Shown here one piece after another: positions 33,591 to 42,616 of a stretch of DNA of 44,140 bases. The DNA is from an uncultured Bdellovibrionales bacterium. GTDB taxonomy: Bacteria > Bdellovibrionota > Bdellovibrionia > Bdellovibrionales > SG-bin7. A program made the translations under genes and the position numbers. The stretch is from the NCBI GenBank assembly GCA_964415155.1, contig CAYPZY010000001.1, forward strand, positions 1 to 44,140, given 5' to 3'. The notes under the pieces were generated by a model. That model saw nothing but the letters and a program-made list of their open reading frames with translations. It had not been told where the DNA came from and did no database searches. Each line of letters begins with the position of its first letter. Position 1 is the stretch's first letter.

Positions 33591-33852
33591 ATTCATAGAC
33601 AAAGATCGTGCATGGTTATTCTTACTCGCGATGCTGTTTGGCTTCTTATCGGCTTGGATTATGCAAGCCTATTCGTCTCCCCAAATCAATACACCCTACT
33701 CCATCTTCGTGGAGAAGGTCACCCCCGCGATGCAGCGAGCTTGTCAGCGCGACGCGAACTGCATGGACCTGGGCACGTGGGCGGACCTCCCAAGTAGGGA
33801 TTTAGAGGCGGATCGTAAGCAGGCGGAGCGGCAAGAGAGGGGAGGGGAATAA
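33583..33852 (+). CDS. small membrane protein (89 aa from ATG 33583)
   Basis: GGAGG lies 6 nt before ATG 33583. TM-like segment AWLFLLAMLFGFLSAWIMQAY. Confidence 0.5.
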   Translation: MLKFIDKDRAWLFLLAMLFGFLSAWIMQAYSSPQINTPYSIFVEKVTPAMQRACQRDANCMDLGTWADLPSRDLEADRKQAERQERGGE

Positions 33853-33853
33853 G

Positions 33854-34105
33854 ATGACTAAAGAAACAATCAAAATAGCAGTGTCTTATGCTTACCCTAC
33901 TTCTCCATACGCTATTGCTTTTGGTAAAAGCAAAACAGGCTGTTTTGTCTTAGAATTTATTAATCAGGATAACACGGCCACGGCTGAAAGGAGTTTTGAT
34001 ACTGAAGAGGAAGCATATATTTATGCAGACCAGTTAAAGTTACCATATTCTCGATACGATCGAAGAACGTACGAACGTTTACTCAAAACAGAAGGGAATT
34101 TATGA
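33854..34105 (+). CDS. hypothetical protein (83 aa)
   Basis: GAGGGGAGGGG SD-like run upstream. Confidence 0.55.
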   Translation: MTKETIKIAVSYAYPTSPYAIAFGKSKTGCFVLEFINQDNTATAERSFDTEEEAYIYADQLKLPYSRYDRRTYERLLKTEGNL

Positions 34106-34359
34106 AATGCTTTGATGAGGACGGCACCGAAATGGTGCCGTGTAATTGTGGCTATTTTGGCGATAGGATTGGGCGTTTAATAACCGAGTGCTGCAATGGC
34201 TCGCGGTGTAGCTGCGGTGGGGAGCCTGTTGACTTAGGGCCTTGTCGTATTTGTAAAGGCACTGGGTATCGCAGGGTCGATGCCGATACGCGTAAAAACA
34301 TTGAAGAAGTAAGAAGAATAGCCGAAGCGACCGGCGGATATATTGGGCGTCGTATTTAA
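34102..34359 (+). CDS. Cys-rich zinc-finger protein (DnaJ-type CxxCxGxG element)
   Basis: It has 10 Cys residues, including CRICKGTGY. ATGA coupling to the upstream gene. Confidence 0.55.
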   Translation: MKCFDEDGTEMVPCNCGYFGDRIGRLITECCNGSRCSCGGEPVDLGPCRICKGTGYRRVDADTRKNIEEVRRIAEATGGYIGRRI

Positions 34360-34460
34360 AATACTATTTGATATTATTTTAATTTTGATTTAAAATGAAA
34401 TAAATCTGCAAAATTGTAAAATGGAACACTTAACAATAACAACCTAACAAAGGAGAAAAT

Positions 34461-34691
34461 ATGAAAGTGCAATCAGGTTCCCACCTCGGTGTATACACCG
34501 AGTCCCCGTACGTCTATCGGAAACCCACGGTGGTATTCGAGGAGGCGTTGGCGAACGGGGGATTAAGCGGTAACGTGAACGATGATAACTACGCTGGGAA
34601 TTATATGTACATGCACTCGACCGACACCGCTGATAGTTTCAAGCACATTGTGACGCGGGAATACTTAACCCTGCCACGCGGGGGTGTGTGA
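34461..34691 (+). CDS. hypothetical protein (76 aa)
   Basis: AAAGGAGAAAAT SD. Its stop overlaps the start of the metzincin gene. Confidence 0.55.
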   Translation: MKVQSGSHLGVYTESPYVYRKPTVVFEEALANGGLSGNVNDDNYAGNYMYMHSTDTADSFKHIVTREYLTLPRGGV

Positions 34692-35188
34692 TGAAGTTGT
34701 CTGCAAAAATATTTTTGTTTATTATTTTATTTTTTGTTGGATGCGGAACAAAACATCAAGAGGCAAACGCGTTTAATCCTCTTTTTCAATTTATTCCGAT
34801 TGGAATTCACGCGCAACACCTAACAGGTGCGCAAGAAATTGAACTTCAAAAGGCAATTAATTTTTGGAACGATGAACTTAGTTATGAATTATTGGCAATA
34901 GATTCAGACATTCAAAATGCAACCATTGATATTGAATTTACCCCTGATCTTGAAGGGGAGTTTGAAGACTTAGCCGGCTTTGCAATTCCAAACATTAATA
35001 CTTGTGAGGTGAAAATAAAATTAAATGTGTGGTTCTATATTGCCCACGAAATTGGGCACTGCTTAGGGTTTGGGCATTCACCCATTGAAAATTCAATTAT
35101 GAATATTCATGTGCCAATTCACCCAATTTTGAATGAAGATTACAAGCGACAAATTGTCGAATATTTAAATGCGCTAATAGGAGAATAA
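34691..35188 (+). CDS. lipoprotein metzincin zinc metalloprotease (matrixin-like HExxHxxGxxHS)
   Basis: The signal peptide MKLSAKIFLFIILFFVGC ends in a lipobox-like VGC. HEIGHCLGFGHS lies at 35045-35080 and is followed by an SIM Met-turn-like motif. Confidence 0.7.
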   Translation: MKLSAKIFLFIILFFVGCGTKHQEANAFNPLFQFIPIGIHAQHLTGAQEIELQKAINFWNDELSYELLAIDSDIQNATIDIEFTPDLEGEFEDLAGFAIPNINTCEVKIKLNVWFYIAHEIGHCLGFGHSPIENSIMNIHVPIHPILNEDYKRQIVEYLNALIGE

Positions 35189-35191
35189 AAA

Positions 35192-35527
35192 ATGTTCAAA
35201 CTTCATCAAAATACAATTCGAGAAATATCTCGGCTGTTCCCCTACATTGATAAATCTCAATTGTTTTTGATCGATGTTGAGGACGTGCTTGAGGAAGTGG
35301 AGGACCCTCGCGAAAAAGTATACAAAATAAATCTGCAAAATGGCGAAATGGAAACATGCAAATTTAAGAAAGGCCAAGATCTTTTCGACGAGCTGCAACG
35401 CGCGAAGTGCAGCATCGCGGTGCGCAAAGTGGAAAATGACGAAGCTCAAATCTTAAATGAACTGTACTTGCCAATTAAACCCTACGTTTGGGTGGCCTTG
35501 GCGAGTACGAGAGAATCACTACACTAA
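35192..35527 (+). CDS. hypothetical protein (111 aa)
   Basis: AGGAGA SD. It begins 3 nt after the protease stop. Confidence 0.55.
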   Translation: MFKLHQNTIREISRLFPYIDKSQLFLIDVEDVLEEVEDPREKVYKINLQNGEMETCKFKKGQDLFDELQRAKCSIAVRKVENDEAQILNELYLPIKPYVWVALASTRESLH

Positions 35528-35582
35528 GAATCAAGGTAGTATCCCCACCCCTGACCGGGGAGAACATCTTGGAGGAGACACA

Positions 35583-35825
35583 ATGATTAAAGACGTAAAG
35601 ACCCAAAAAGGGGTGGATGGTAAGGCTGAATATAACACTCAGGTGGCACGCAAGATGCCCTACGATAGGACAGACATCCTGAAGGTAAGGCATGTCAACT
35701 TCGCGGCAACTTCTGCGATGTACAACGCGATTATGGAGCATGCCATCGCGGAGAAGATGAAGATGAGTGAATGGGTTCGTGGCGTGGTGGCCGCAGAGCT
35801 GGACCGCCGTAGCGCGGTAAAATGA
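35583..35825 (+). CDS. ribbon-helix-helix (CopG/Arc-like) DNA-binding protein candidate (80 aa)
   Basis: GGAGGAG SD precedes ATG 35583. The C-terminal KVRHVNFAATSAMYNAIMEHAIAEKMKMSEWVRGVVAAEL fits a strand-helix-helix layout. Confidence 0.5.
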   Translation: MIKDVKTQKGVDGKAEYNTQVARKMPYDRTDILKVRHVNFAATSAMYNAIMEHAIAEKMKMSEWVRGVVAAELDRRSAVK

Positions 35826-35834
35826 GGTGAGTCT

Positions 35835-36209
35835 ATGGGGAAAGTTACTTTTCATAAGGCCTTGAAGTTTGGCGACAAGCTCCCGGACTTTCGAGGGGCC
35901 GAACACAAGGAAGGAACCTGGCATTCAATAACCCTCGACCGATTTAAGAGACTGACCGTCGAGGAGTTATTGAAGTCAGATTTAAGATTAGTATTCGAAT
36001 GGTCCTTTAATGAGGACGATACTCGGAAGAAGCTCCGAGTATGTACCTTAAGACAGGACGTGGATACTTTGAAAAGAAAATACCCGAACGACCCCGTCAT
36101 TAATTTAGAGGCCGTTAAAAAATTATTGGAAGTGGATATTCAAAACACCGGAGTAGTTTTGGGAAATATTTATTGGGCCGCCTATTTAGGGGCGACCGTG
36201 GAGGGGTAA
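35835..36209 (+). CDS. hypothetical protein (124 aa)
   Basis: ORF with a GAGGTGAG SD-like site. Confidence 0.55.
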   Translation: MGKVTFHKALKFGDKLPDFRGAEHKEGTWHSITLDRFKRLTVEELLKSDLRLVFEWSFNEDDTRKKLRVCTLRQDVDTLKRKYPNDPVINLEAVKKLLEVDIQNTGVVLGNIYWAAYLGATVEG

Positions 36210-36210
36210 A

Positions 36211-36408
36211 ATGGATAAAAGAATTTGTATAGTTTATGGAATACTTTTCTTAACGTTGCTTGTGGTAGGAGTCTTGTACACACTTGCAGATAATAATTAC
36301 CAAGTAGAAATAAAATCCCTACAAATTGAATTGAAGATGGCGAAGAATGCCGCAGCGATGTTCGAAAATAATTGGGCGGCCTGTGAGGCCGTTTTGAATG
36401 CGGAATAA
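36211..36408 (+). CDS. small membrane protein (65 aa)
   Basis: TM-like segment ICIVYGILFLTLLVVGVLY. GGAGGGG SD. Confidence 0.55.
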   Translation: MDKRICIVYGILFLTLLVVGVLYTLADNNYQVEIKSLQIELKMAKNAAAMFENNWAACEAVLNAE

Positions 36409-36411
36409 ACT

Positions 36412-36669
36412 ATGGATGATTTATACAATTATAAAACTTCTTATTCGGATGCAGAAATAATGGCTTTGGCGGATAACGCGCTTGTGCGAACGATGATTAA
36501 GTTTGCCAGTTCTTATGGGTACAACAAATCAAATTTCACGTCTAGCGCTGCAATTGCGGCTAAAGCAATGTATCTTCGGTTCGAAAAGGAATGCTTGGCG
36601 CGGTTAAAGCAACGCCACAACCCGGAATGTTTAGTCGGTGCTAAACTTCCACTCCATGAATCTATATGA
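36412..36669 (+). CDS. hypothetical protein (85 aa)
   Basis: ORF coupled by ATGA to the downstream helicase gene. Confidence 0.5.
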   Translation: MDDLYNYKTSYSDAEIMALADNALVRTMIKFASSYGYNKSNFTSSAAIAAKAMYLRFEKECLARLKQRHNPECLVGAKLPLHESI

Positions 36670-38036
36670 TTGATTTAAAAGAACATCAAAAAGAAGGCAT
36701 GGAATTCCTGAAGAGCCGCACCGCCGGTGGCCTCTTCTACGAAATGGGTTTGGGGAAAACTCTAACCACGCTAGCAACGCTGGAAGAAAAGAATGTATGG
36801 CCGGTGCTCGTCGTATGCCCTCTCTCTGTGGTGGGTGTATGGGCGGCGGAGGTTAAAAAGTTTGGGTTCAAGAGGAAGGTCCTCTCCCTGGTCGGGAGTC
36901 GGTTCGAACGATTGGATTTATTGGAAGAGCCCGCGGATATTTACGTCATCAATTATGATGGCATGCGAATACTTGCGGACGAACTTCTGAAAAGAAAATG
37001 GGGTGCAATCGTTTTGGACGAATCCCACCGGATCAAGAATATCACCTCCACCCAAACCAAGGTTGCATTGAAGTTAAGTAAATGTGCCGAGCACCGCTAC
37101 ATTCTCACAGGTACTCCAATCACCAAAACCCCAGAGGACGTATGGTCTCAAATTTATTTCCTGGACCCCACTCACTTCACAAACTTCTATGCGTTTAGGG
37201 CCAGGCATGTGGAATATAAGGTAAGGCAAGTGCGAACGCCGGGGGGCATGAGAGAAGTTCGAATCCCCTATCGGTTTAAAAACCTGGAAGAACTTGAGGA
37301 GAAGATGGGGAGAATTTGTCTACGAAAAACGAAGGCTGAATGCTTGGACCTTCCGGAAAAAATCTACAAGAAAATTTATTGCGAACTCGAAGGGGACCAA
37401 AAGACACACTACTACGAACTAAAACATAGCTTAGTCGCAATGCTGGAGAGCGGCAACTTTGAAGTGCGGGCTGGGGGGGCGCTCGTTCAAAAGCTAAGAC
37501 AGGTCTGCCAAGGTTTTTTATACGTCAATGAAGATACTCACTTAACCAAGGAAAACGTAAAATTAAAATATTTAAAAGACCTGCTTGAGGACATTCAAGG
37601 TGAAAAGAAAATTCTGTACACATATTTTAAAGCCGAAACGGAATTGCTCTTAAAAGAATTATCGAAGACTCAAAAGGTTTTTTATTATGATGGCTCCCCT
37701 GATGAGCGCGCGCTCACGATTGCAGGGTTTGAAGAGCATGAAGGCGACGCCATTCTATTAATGCAAATCGATCAGGCAATTGGAATGAACTTAGCATTTG
37801 TGAGCCACGTAATTTATTATTCAAATTCATGGAATTACGCGACGCGGTTACAAAGCGAAGATCGAGCTCACAGAATCGGACAAAAAAATTCTGTGGTGTA
37901 TTACGATTTTGTTTGCCCGCGAACTATTGATGAGCATGTCTTAGATCTGCTTCTAATCAAAAAAGATTTAGCGGACCAAGTAACGGGAGACGTTAAAAAA
38001 CTTGCGCAAAATTATTTAAATAAATACAATTCTTAA
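36666..38036 (+). CDS. SNF2-family helicase/ATPase
   Basis: Motif I GLGKT, motif II DESH, motif III LTGTPI and motif VI QSEDRAHRIGQ are all present in the canonical order. Confidence 0.85.
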   Translation: MIDLKEHQKEGMEFLKSRTAGGLFYEMGLGKTLTTLATLEEKNVWPVLVVCPLSVVGVWAAEVKKFGFKRKVLSLVGSRFERLDLLEEPADIYVINYDGMRILADELLKRKWGAIVLDESHRIKNITSTQTKVALKLSKCAEHRYILTGTPITKTPEDVWSQIYFLDPTHFTNFYAFRARHVEYKVRQVRTPGGMREVRIPYRFKNLEELEEKMGRICLRKTKAECLDLPEKIYKKIYCELEGDQKTHYYELKHSLVAMLESGNFEVRAGGALVQKLRQVCQGFLYVNEDTHLTKENVKLKYLKDLLEDIQGEKKILYTYFKAETELLLKELSKTQKVFYYDGSPDERALTIAGFEEHEGDAILLMQIDQAIGMNLAFVSHVIYYSNSWNYATRLQSEDRAHRIGQKNSVVYYDFVCPRTIDEHVLDLLLIKKDLADQVTGDVKKLAQNYLNKYNS

Positions 38037-38053
38037 ATCGGTGGGAGGATGGG

Positions 38054-38527
38054 ATGGAAAATGTTGACGTATTGGAACTGCAAGACGAGTTTGTTCAAGA
38101 CTTTCAAGAACAAAAATCGAAAAGCCTTGAAGAATTAAAAATAATCTTAGAAGAAAAAGGCAAAGCTCTTAAAGCTTTACTTGAGGAAGAGCTGCGCCTG
38201 ACTCGCCAATTAAAAACAATCGACTCCTCCATCTTTAATCTAAAAGAAGAAATTCGAAAAGAATGGCTCCCCTATACGGTCGGGACCGACAAAGCAGAGC
38301 TCGCAATGGACGGGGTATGTCTTATCATGGAAGAAGTCTTAAGCCTGAAAGCCGAAGACAAGGACGCCGCAGTGAAGTGGTGTTTGGATAATGGCTTTGA
38401 GGGGGTCATGAAGTGGCAAATCCACGACCAAACTCTTAAGAAAATTGCCAGAGATAAATTCGAGTCAGATATTTTAATTCCCGGCGTTGAATATAATAAA
38501 GTGAAAATTGTAAAAATTAAAAAATAA
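38054..38527 (+). CDS. coiled-coil protein, Gp157/Gam-like size and layout (tentative)
   Basis: 157 aa with an N-terminal coiled coil and a C-terminal globular part. Located between helicase and replication genes. Confidence 0.3.
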   Translation: MENVDVLELQDEFVQDFQEQKSKSLEELKIILEEKGKALKALLEEELRLTRQLKTIDSSIFNLKEEIRKEWLPYTVGTDKAELAMDGVCLIMEEVLSLKAEDKDAAVKWCLDNGFEGVMKWQIHDQTLKKIARDKFESDILIPGVEYNKVKIVKIKK

Positions 38528-38544
38528 AATTGTAAAGGAGCCCT

Positions 38545-39273
38545 ATGACACAACAAGTCGCAGTAAATGAACCCAAAGCTTTAAAAAAGATTGACGAGAA
38601 GGCCCTCTCCGCAGAGCTGGCAGGCCTGCAAGACGACTTTCAGCAAGAAACGAAGATCCGGGCAGAATTAATCAAAATCCCTACCATAAGGCTCACAAAC
38701 TCGATGAGCAAGTCTTCCAAGTCCAGGTTGGCAATGGATGGGGATTTTTGCTGCATGGAATCGAGCGTGGTTTTTGGAAATGAAATTTGGGTGGTCCCCT
38801 TCTATTTTAGGGAGACGGCCTCTTTGATGACCAAGGCCGGAAAGCTCATGTGCCGCAGCGAAGGGCTTGTAAAAAATATTCACGGTGAGGCTTGCTTAAA
38901 ATGCCCGCACGACTCCTATTGGGATGATTGGACCAAAGGACCGCCGGCTTGCAGCAAGGCTATTAATTTTTATGGGGTGGTGAACGGGAACGTTTATGAA
39001 TTAATTTTTAGAAAAACAAGTTACGATGCTGGAAAGTCTTTACTTAATTTATTGCTCAACGATAAAATTTGTACTCATAAATATTTATTAAAGGCTCAAC
39101 CTGACAAGCGGGACAGCTACGAATTCTTTTCAATCAATCCTGTTATTTCCAAGCAAGCTTTAACGATGGAAGAATTATCGGCGATCGTCCCCAAAGTGAA
39201 GAAAGTAAAAGATTTAATTAAGGCAAGACGGATCGACACGGAAGAAAAACCAGAAGAAGAATTTCCTTTATAA
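38545..39273 (+). CDS. hypothetical replication/recombination-module protein with Cys cluster (242 aa)
   Basis: AAAGGAG SD. Contains the Cys cluster CRSEG...CLKCPH...C. Family not recognised. Confidence 0.55.
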   Translation: MTQQVAVNEPKALKKIDEKALSAELAGLQDDFQQETKIRAELIKIPTIRLTNSMSKSSKSRLAMDGDFCCMESSVVFGNEIWVVPFYFRETASLMTKAGKLMCRSEGLVKNIHGEACLKCPHDSYWDDWTKGPPACSKAINFYGVVNGNVYELIFRKTSYDAGKSLLNLLLNDKICTHKYLLKAQPDKRDSYEFFSINPVISKQALTMEELSAIVPKVKKVKDLIKARRIDTEEKPEEEFPL

Positions 39274-39301
39274 TCGGCTCAAGAATGGGTGGGGGGTAGG
39301 T

Positions 39302-41902
39302 GTGGAAGACCTTACGGGTTACTTTCCCTTAATTTGGGGCAGGGCGGTACTGCGCCAAGAACATCGATACGAACTTAAACTTAAACGAGGTTTCTCAGAT
39401 GCCATAATTGATTTATTGCAATTCAAATCGGCGGGTGAATACCTTGGCAAACAATCGCCAAAAGAATGGCCTACTGCCATCAAAGCACCGCTGTGGCGCG
39501 ACAATATATTAATCCCCTACTTCAATGAGAAGGGGGATCTGTATCATATTAGACCCCACAAGGATGGCTTTAAAGACGTTGGTGTCCAGCCCTATATCCC
39601 CTACCCTCTCCTGGGGGAGGACACCAGCCATCTTGTGTTAGCAGAATCTGAATTCAAAGCTGCCGCCTCTTGCGTTATGGGCGTTCCGGCGATTGGGATA
39701 CCTGGAATAACCTCTCACAGTCGTAAAAATCTTCCAAACCTATTAAGAGTCCTCGAAGCGTTGAAGTGCAAAAAGGTTACTATCTGCTTCGACAACGAAA
39801 CAAAAGAACAAAAATCAGATTGGACCAAACGCTATGACACAATCATTTATGAGATCATCATGGCGAGCGAGCTCAACAGCAAGGGGTACGCAACTAAGAT
39901 TGCCAGGCTTAAGGATGAATGGAGAAAGGATGGAAAGGCCGACATCGATGGAGTACTTGCCCAAGGAGTTGCTCACGAAAACTACAAGGAGTGCATTTTT
40001 GATGCTTTATCCCCCACTGAATACCGAAAGACTTTAAAATTATTACCTGTCCATAAAGCCTATGTAGACCGAAAAATAGATGCTCATTTTTACGCGGGAC
40101 CTATCGAAGAAAAAGACGGCTTTATTTTTTACAAAACAAAAGACGATGCTCGGATTCGGATCGCTAATTTCACAATGAAGATTATTCACACGCTCATGAA
40201 CGACAACCTCGCAGAGCGTTTTGTGAAAATTACCAGCCCATACGGGATGAGCCATACTCGAATAATCACCCCGGATATAATGGTTTCCCTCCCCTCCTTC
40301 CAACGATTCCTATACGAAATTGGAGACTACGAGTTTTTAGGAAGACCCGAAATGCTTCACGCTTTGTGGTCGTACGTGATGCTGAAGCAGGACGGACAGT
40401 ACGTCACGAAGCTTAAGTATTATGGATACGACAAAGAAGCGAAGGTTTGGTTCTTTGAAAACGGTGCGTACCGCGATGGAAACTTTTACGAGATGGGAGA
40501 TAATAAGATTGTTTGGATCGATGGGAATGGGTTTCTTTTACCGGACACCTTGAATGAATTCGACCTTCCGCGCCTGTCCGATGAGACGGAGTTTGACACA
40601 GGGGAGCCTATTTCAGGCGTAGAGAATCTATTAAAAATGATCGAAACTAAAATGTCGAATATTCTAGAAAAGAATATTGCCAAAATGCTTTTAGGTTGGA
40701 CGCTGGGTAATTTTTTCATGCCGGAAATTTTAGCCTCGTTTAAAGGTTTTCCGTTTCTATTCTTCTACGGAAAATGGGAGGAAGGGAAATCGACCACCTC
40801 TAATTGGCTCGCTCAATTCTTTGGATTTACTCTCAAGGGAGTCCCCTTCAGTTCCTCTGAACCAGGCATCCGCAACGCCGTGAACCAGTTGAGCATGGTC
40901 CCTATTTGGTTGGAAGAATACCGAAATGACAATGCGAACATCCGAGAAAAGAATTCCCTCCTCCGATCGATCTATGATCGATCGTCGATCATCAAAGCCA
41001 CTCGGACGCCAGGGGAAATAAAGACTTACCTATTAAGGTCTTCCCTCATAATCTCTGGGCAAGAACACCCGAAAGATTCCGCACTCTGCTCGCGTTGCCT
41101 GCTCGTCGCTCTCCGTGTCAAAAAAGACAAAGTAAATTATGAGTGGATGATGCGCAACGCGAGTCAGTTTAACGTAATCGGTCACTGGGTCTTGATGAAT
41201 AAGAATAAATTTTGGCCCCTTATTCACGCGCGAGCCCTGGAGTATATTAAGGCAATGGACGCGAACTTAAAAGAGATGGGGGTAAGAGTTAAAAGCTCTC
41301 ACGCCCTACTTGGCGCAATCTGTGACGTGTTTTTTGGAGAGGACCAAGACTTCACGGATTTTATAGGCACACGCGCGGTGGTGGAAAATGTAAAGATCAA
41401 TAGTTACGATTCTCTCTCGGTCTTTTACGACGATATTTTGACCATGTTTATGTCACAAAAAATTAAGTTTAGATTCTTGCAATTAGTGACGATGAAGTCT
41501 CCAAACACAGGTTATTCAAAAGACGCCGTTAATTTTTGGTTCGCTGGGGTATTTAATGAATGGGAACTTACCTACAAAAAGCATCGAGAAGATATTCCAG
41601 CCAGTCGCGCCGCGATGCGCGACCTGCTCAGCCGTGAACCTTATGTAATTCAAGCCGAGGCCAGTGGTCGCATGGACGGAAAGACAATGAAGGTTTTTAA
41701 GCTCGATTATGAACATCCAAAGTTTCCAAAACCACTTTTGGAAATCATTAAAATTTATCAACAAGAAGTAAGGAGCTCCGAGGTCGAGACTTGGGTTCCT
41801 TATCCAGGGGAGGAATCCAATGACGACAGAAATAACACCGGAGGAAAAGAAGCGCCGCAGCGCAGTGGGGCGGCGGTCAAGAAACAAGGGTGGGAGAGGT
41901 GA
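39302..41902 (+). CDS. primase-helicase (Toprim-like N-terminal half, P-loop NTPase C-terminal half)
   Basis: Toprim-like LVLAESEFKAA ... TICFDNETKE, and Walker A FFYGKWEEGKST. GTG start follows a GGGGGG run. 866 aa. Confidence 0.7.
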   Translation: MEDLTGYFPLIWGRAVLRQEHRYELKLKRGFSDAIIDLLQFKSAGEYLGKQSPKEWPTAIKAPLWRDNILIPYFNEKGDLYHIRPHKDGFKDVGVQPYIPYPLLGEDTSHLVLAESEFKAAASCVMGVPAIGIPGITSHSRKNLPNLLRVLEALKCKKVTICFDNETKEQKSDWTKRYDTIIYEIIMASELNSKGYATKIARLKDEWRKDGKADIDGVLAQGVAHENYKECIFDALSPTEYRKTLKLLPVHKAYVDRKIDAHFYAGPIEEKDGFIFYKTKDDARIRIANFTMKIIHTLMNDNLAERFVKITSPYGMSHTRIITPDIMVSLPSFQRFLYEIGDYEFLGRPEMLHALWSYVMLKQDGQYVTKLKYYGYDKEAKVWFFENGAYRDGNFYEMGDNKIVWIDGNGFLLPDTLNEFDLPRLSDETEFDTGEPISGVENLLKMIETKMSNILEKNIAKMLLGWTLGNFFMPEILASFKGFPFLFFYGKWEEGKSTTSNWLAQFFGFTLKGVPFSSSEPGIRNAVNQLSMVPIWLEEYRNDNANIREKNSLLRSIYDRSSIIKATRTPGEIKTYLLRSSLIISGQEHPKDSALCSRCLLVALRVKKDKVNYEWMMRNASQFNVIGHWVLMNKNKFWPLIHARALEYIKAMDANLKEMGVRVKSSHALLGAICDVFFGEDQDFTDFIGTRAVVENVKINSYDSLSVFYDDILTMFMSQKIKFRFLQLVTMKSPNTGYSKDAVNFWFAGVFNEWELTYKKHREDIPASRAAMRDLLSREPYVIQAEASGRMDGKTMKVFKLDYEHPKFPKPLLEIIKIYQQEVRSSEVETWVPYPGEESNDDRNNTGGKEAPQRSGAAVKKQGWER

Positions 41903-42197
41903 AAGAGAATTTGTACAGATTTTAAAAGACCACGGCTGGGATGCGCGAAGGTCTCAGCAATATTGTGGCAAGGGGGGCGACGAGGATGTGATTTGCGAGG
42001 CCCTCCCAGTCCACCATGAGGTCAAGTACCGTCAATCCCTAAACGTCCATCAGGCCATCGCACAAGCCGTCAAAGATTGTATTAAAAGCAAGTGGCGATG
42101 CGTGGTGTGGAAGAAAGATCGCGCCGGCTGGGTAGCTCTTTTACCCCTGGAGGATTATCTGGACATCATGAAAGAACTGACTGAATTAAAAAAATAA
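41820..42197 (+). CDS. PD-(D/E)xK nuclease, Holliday-junction-resolvase-like
   Basis: GERE ... D ... HEVK spacing is typical of small phage PD-(D/E)xK resolvases. GGAGG SD lies 7 nt before the ATG. It overlaps the primase 3' end by 83 nt. Confidence 0.55.
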   Translation: MTTEITPEEKKRRSAVGRRSRNKGGRGEREFVQILKDHGWDARRSQQYCGKGGDEDVICEALPVHHEVKYRQSLNVHQAIAQAVKDCIKSKWRCVVWKKDRAGWVALLPLEDYLDIMKELTELKK

Positions 42198-42263
42198 AAA
42201 TAAATAAATTATTTTATTTACAAATAAATAAACTTGTGGTTACCTTAAATTAAGGAGGTGGTT

Positions 42264-42527
42264 ATGGAGGAAGTAAAAATGGAAGACGGAAAACAGGGAT
42301 CAAAAAAAGAGAAGACCATTGATTATTTGGAGTTGGTTTCGAACCTGGACCAAGACCGAATGAAGGAATATTTAGTGGAGGCTCTCAAAATTATCTCCGA
42401 AGACGAGAATTTTATTCTCTCCACTTCCAGGCATATGGGAATTCCTGCTCGGATGTTGGGACTCTATTTACTTCGAAGAGTTCACTTAATGGATTGTGTA
42501 AAAAAAAATCAGGTCTTGTTTGTATGA
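42264..42527 (+). CDS. small HTH-like protein (87 aa from ATG 42264)
   Basis: AAGGAGG lies 5 nt before ATG 42264. The segment STSRHMGIPARMLGLYLLR looks like a helix-turn-helix. Confidence 0.5.
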   Translation: MEEVKMEDGKQGSKKEKTIDYLELVSNLDQDRMKEYLVEALKIISEDENFILSTSRHMGIPARMLGLYLLRRVHLMDCVKKNQVLFV

Positions 42528-42616
42528 GTTTAAAACAAGAATTTTATCTTTGGATCATTATTACTATTTTAATTTTCGGAACTATTTATTTAGCTAAGCC
42601 AGTCTCAGGATTTTAA
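42524..42616 (+). CDS. 30-aa single-TM miniprotein, below ORF-track cutoff
   Basis: Hand translation: MSLKQEFYLWIIITILIFGTIYLAKPVSGF. ATGA overlap upstream, and its stop abuts the next ATG. Confidence 0.45.
   Translation: MSLKQEFYLWIIITILIFGTIYLAKPVSGF

Noticed and set aside
33608-33805. Two alternative-frame ORFs (33608-33805, 33612-33797) inside the 33583-33852 gene
   Set aside because: They are Arg/Pro-rich translations of a GC-rich stretch, have no SD, and are fully nested in a better-supported membrane-protein ORF.
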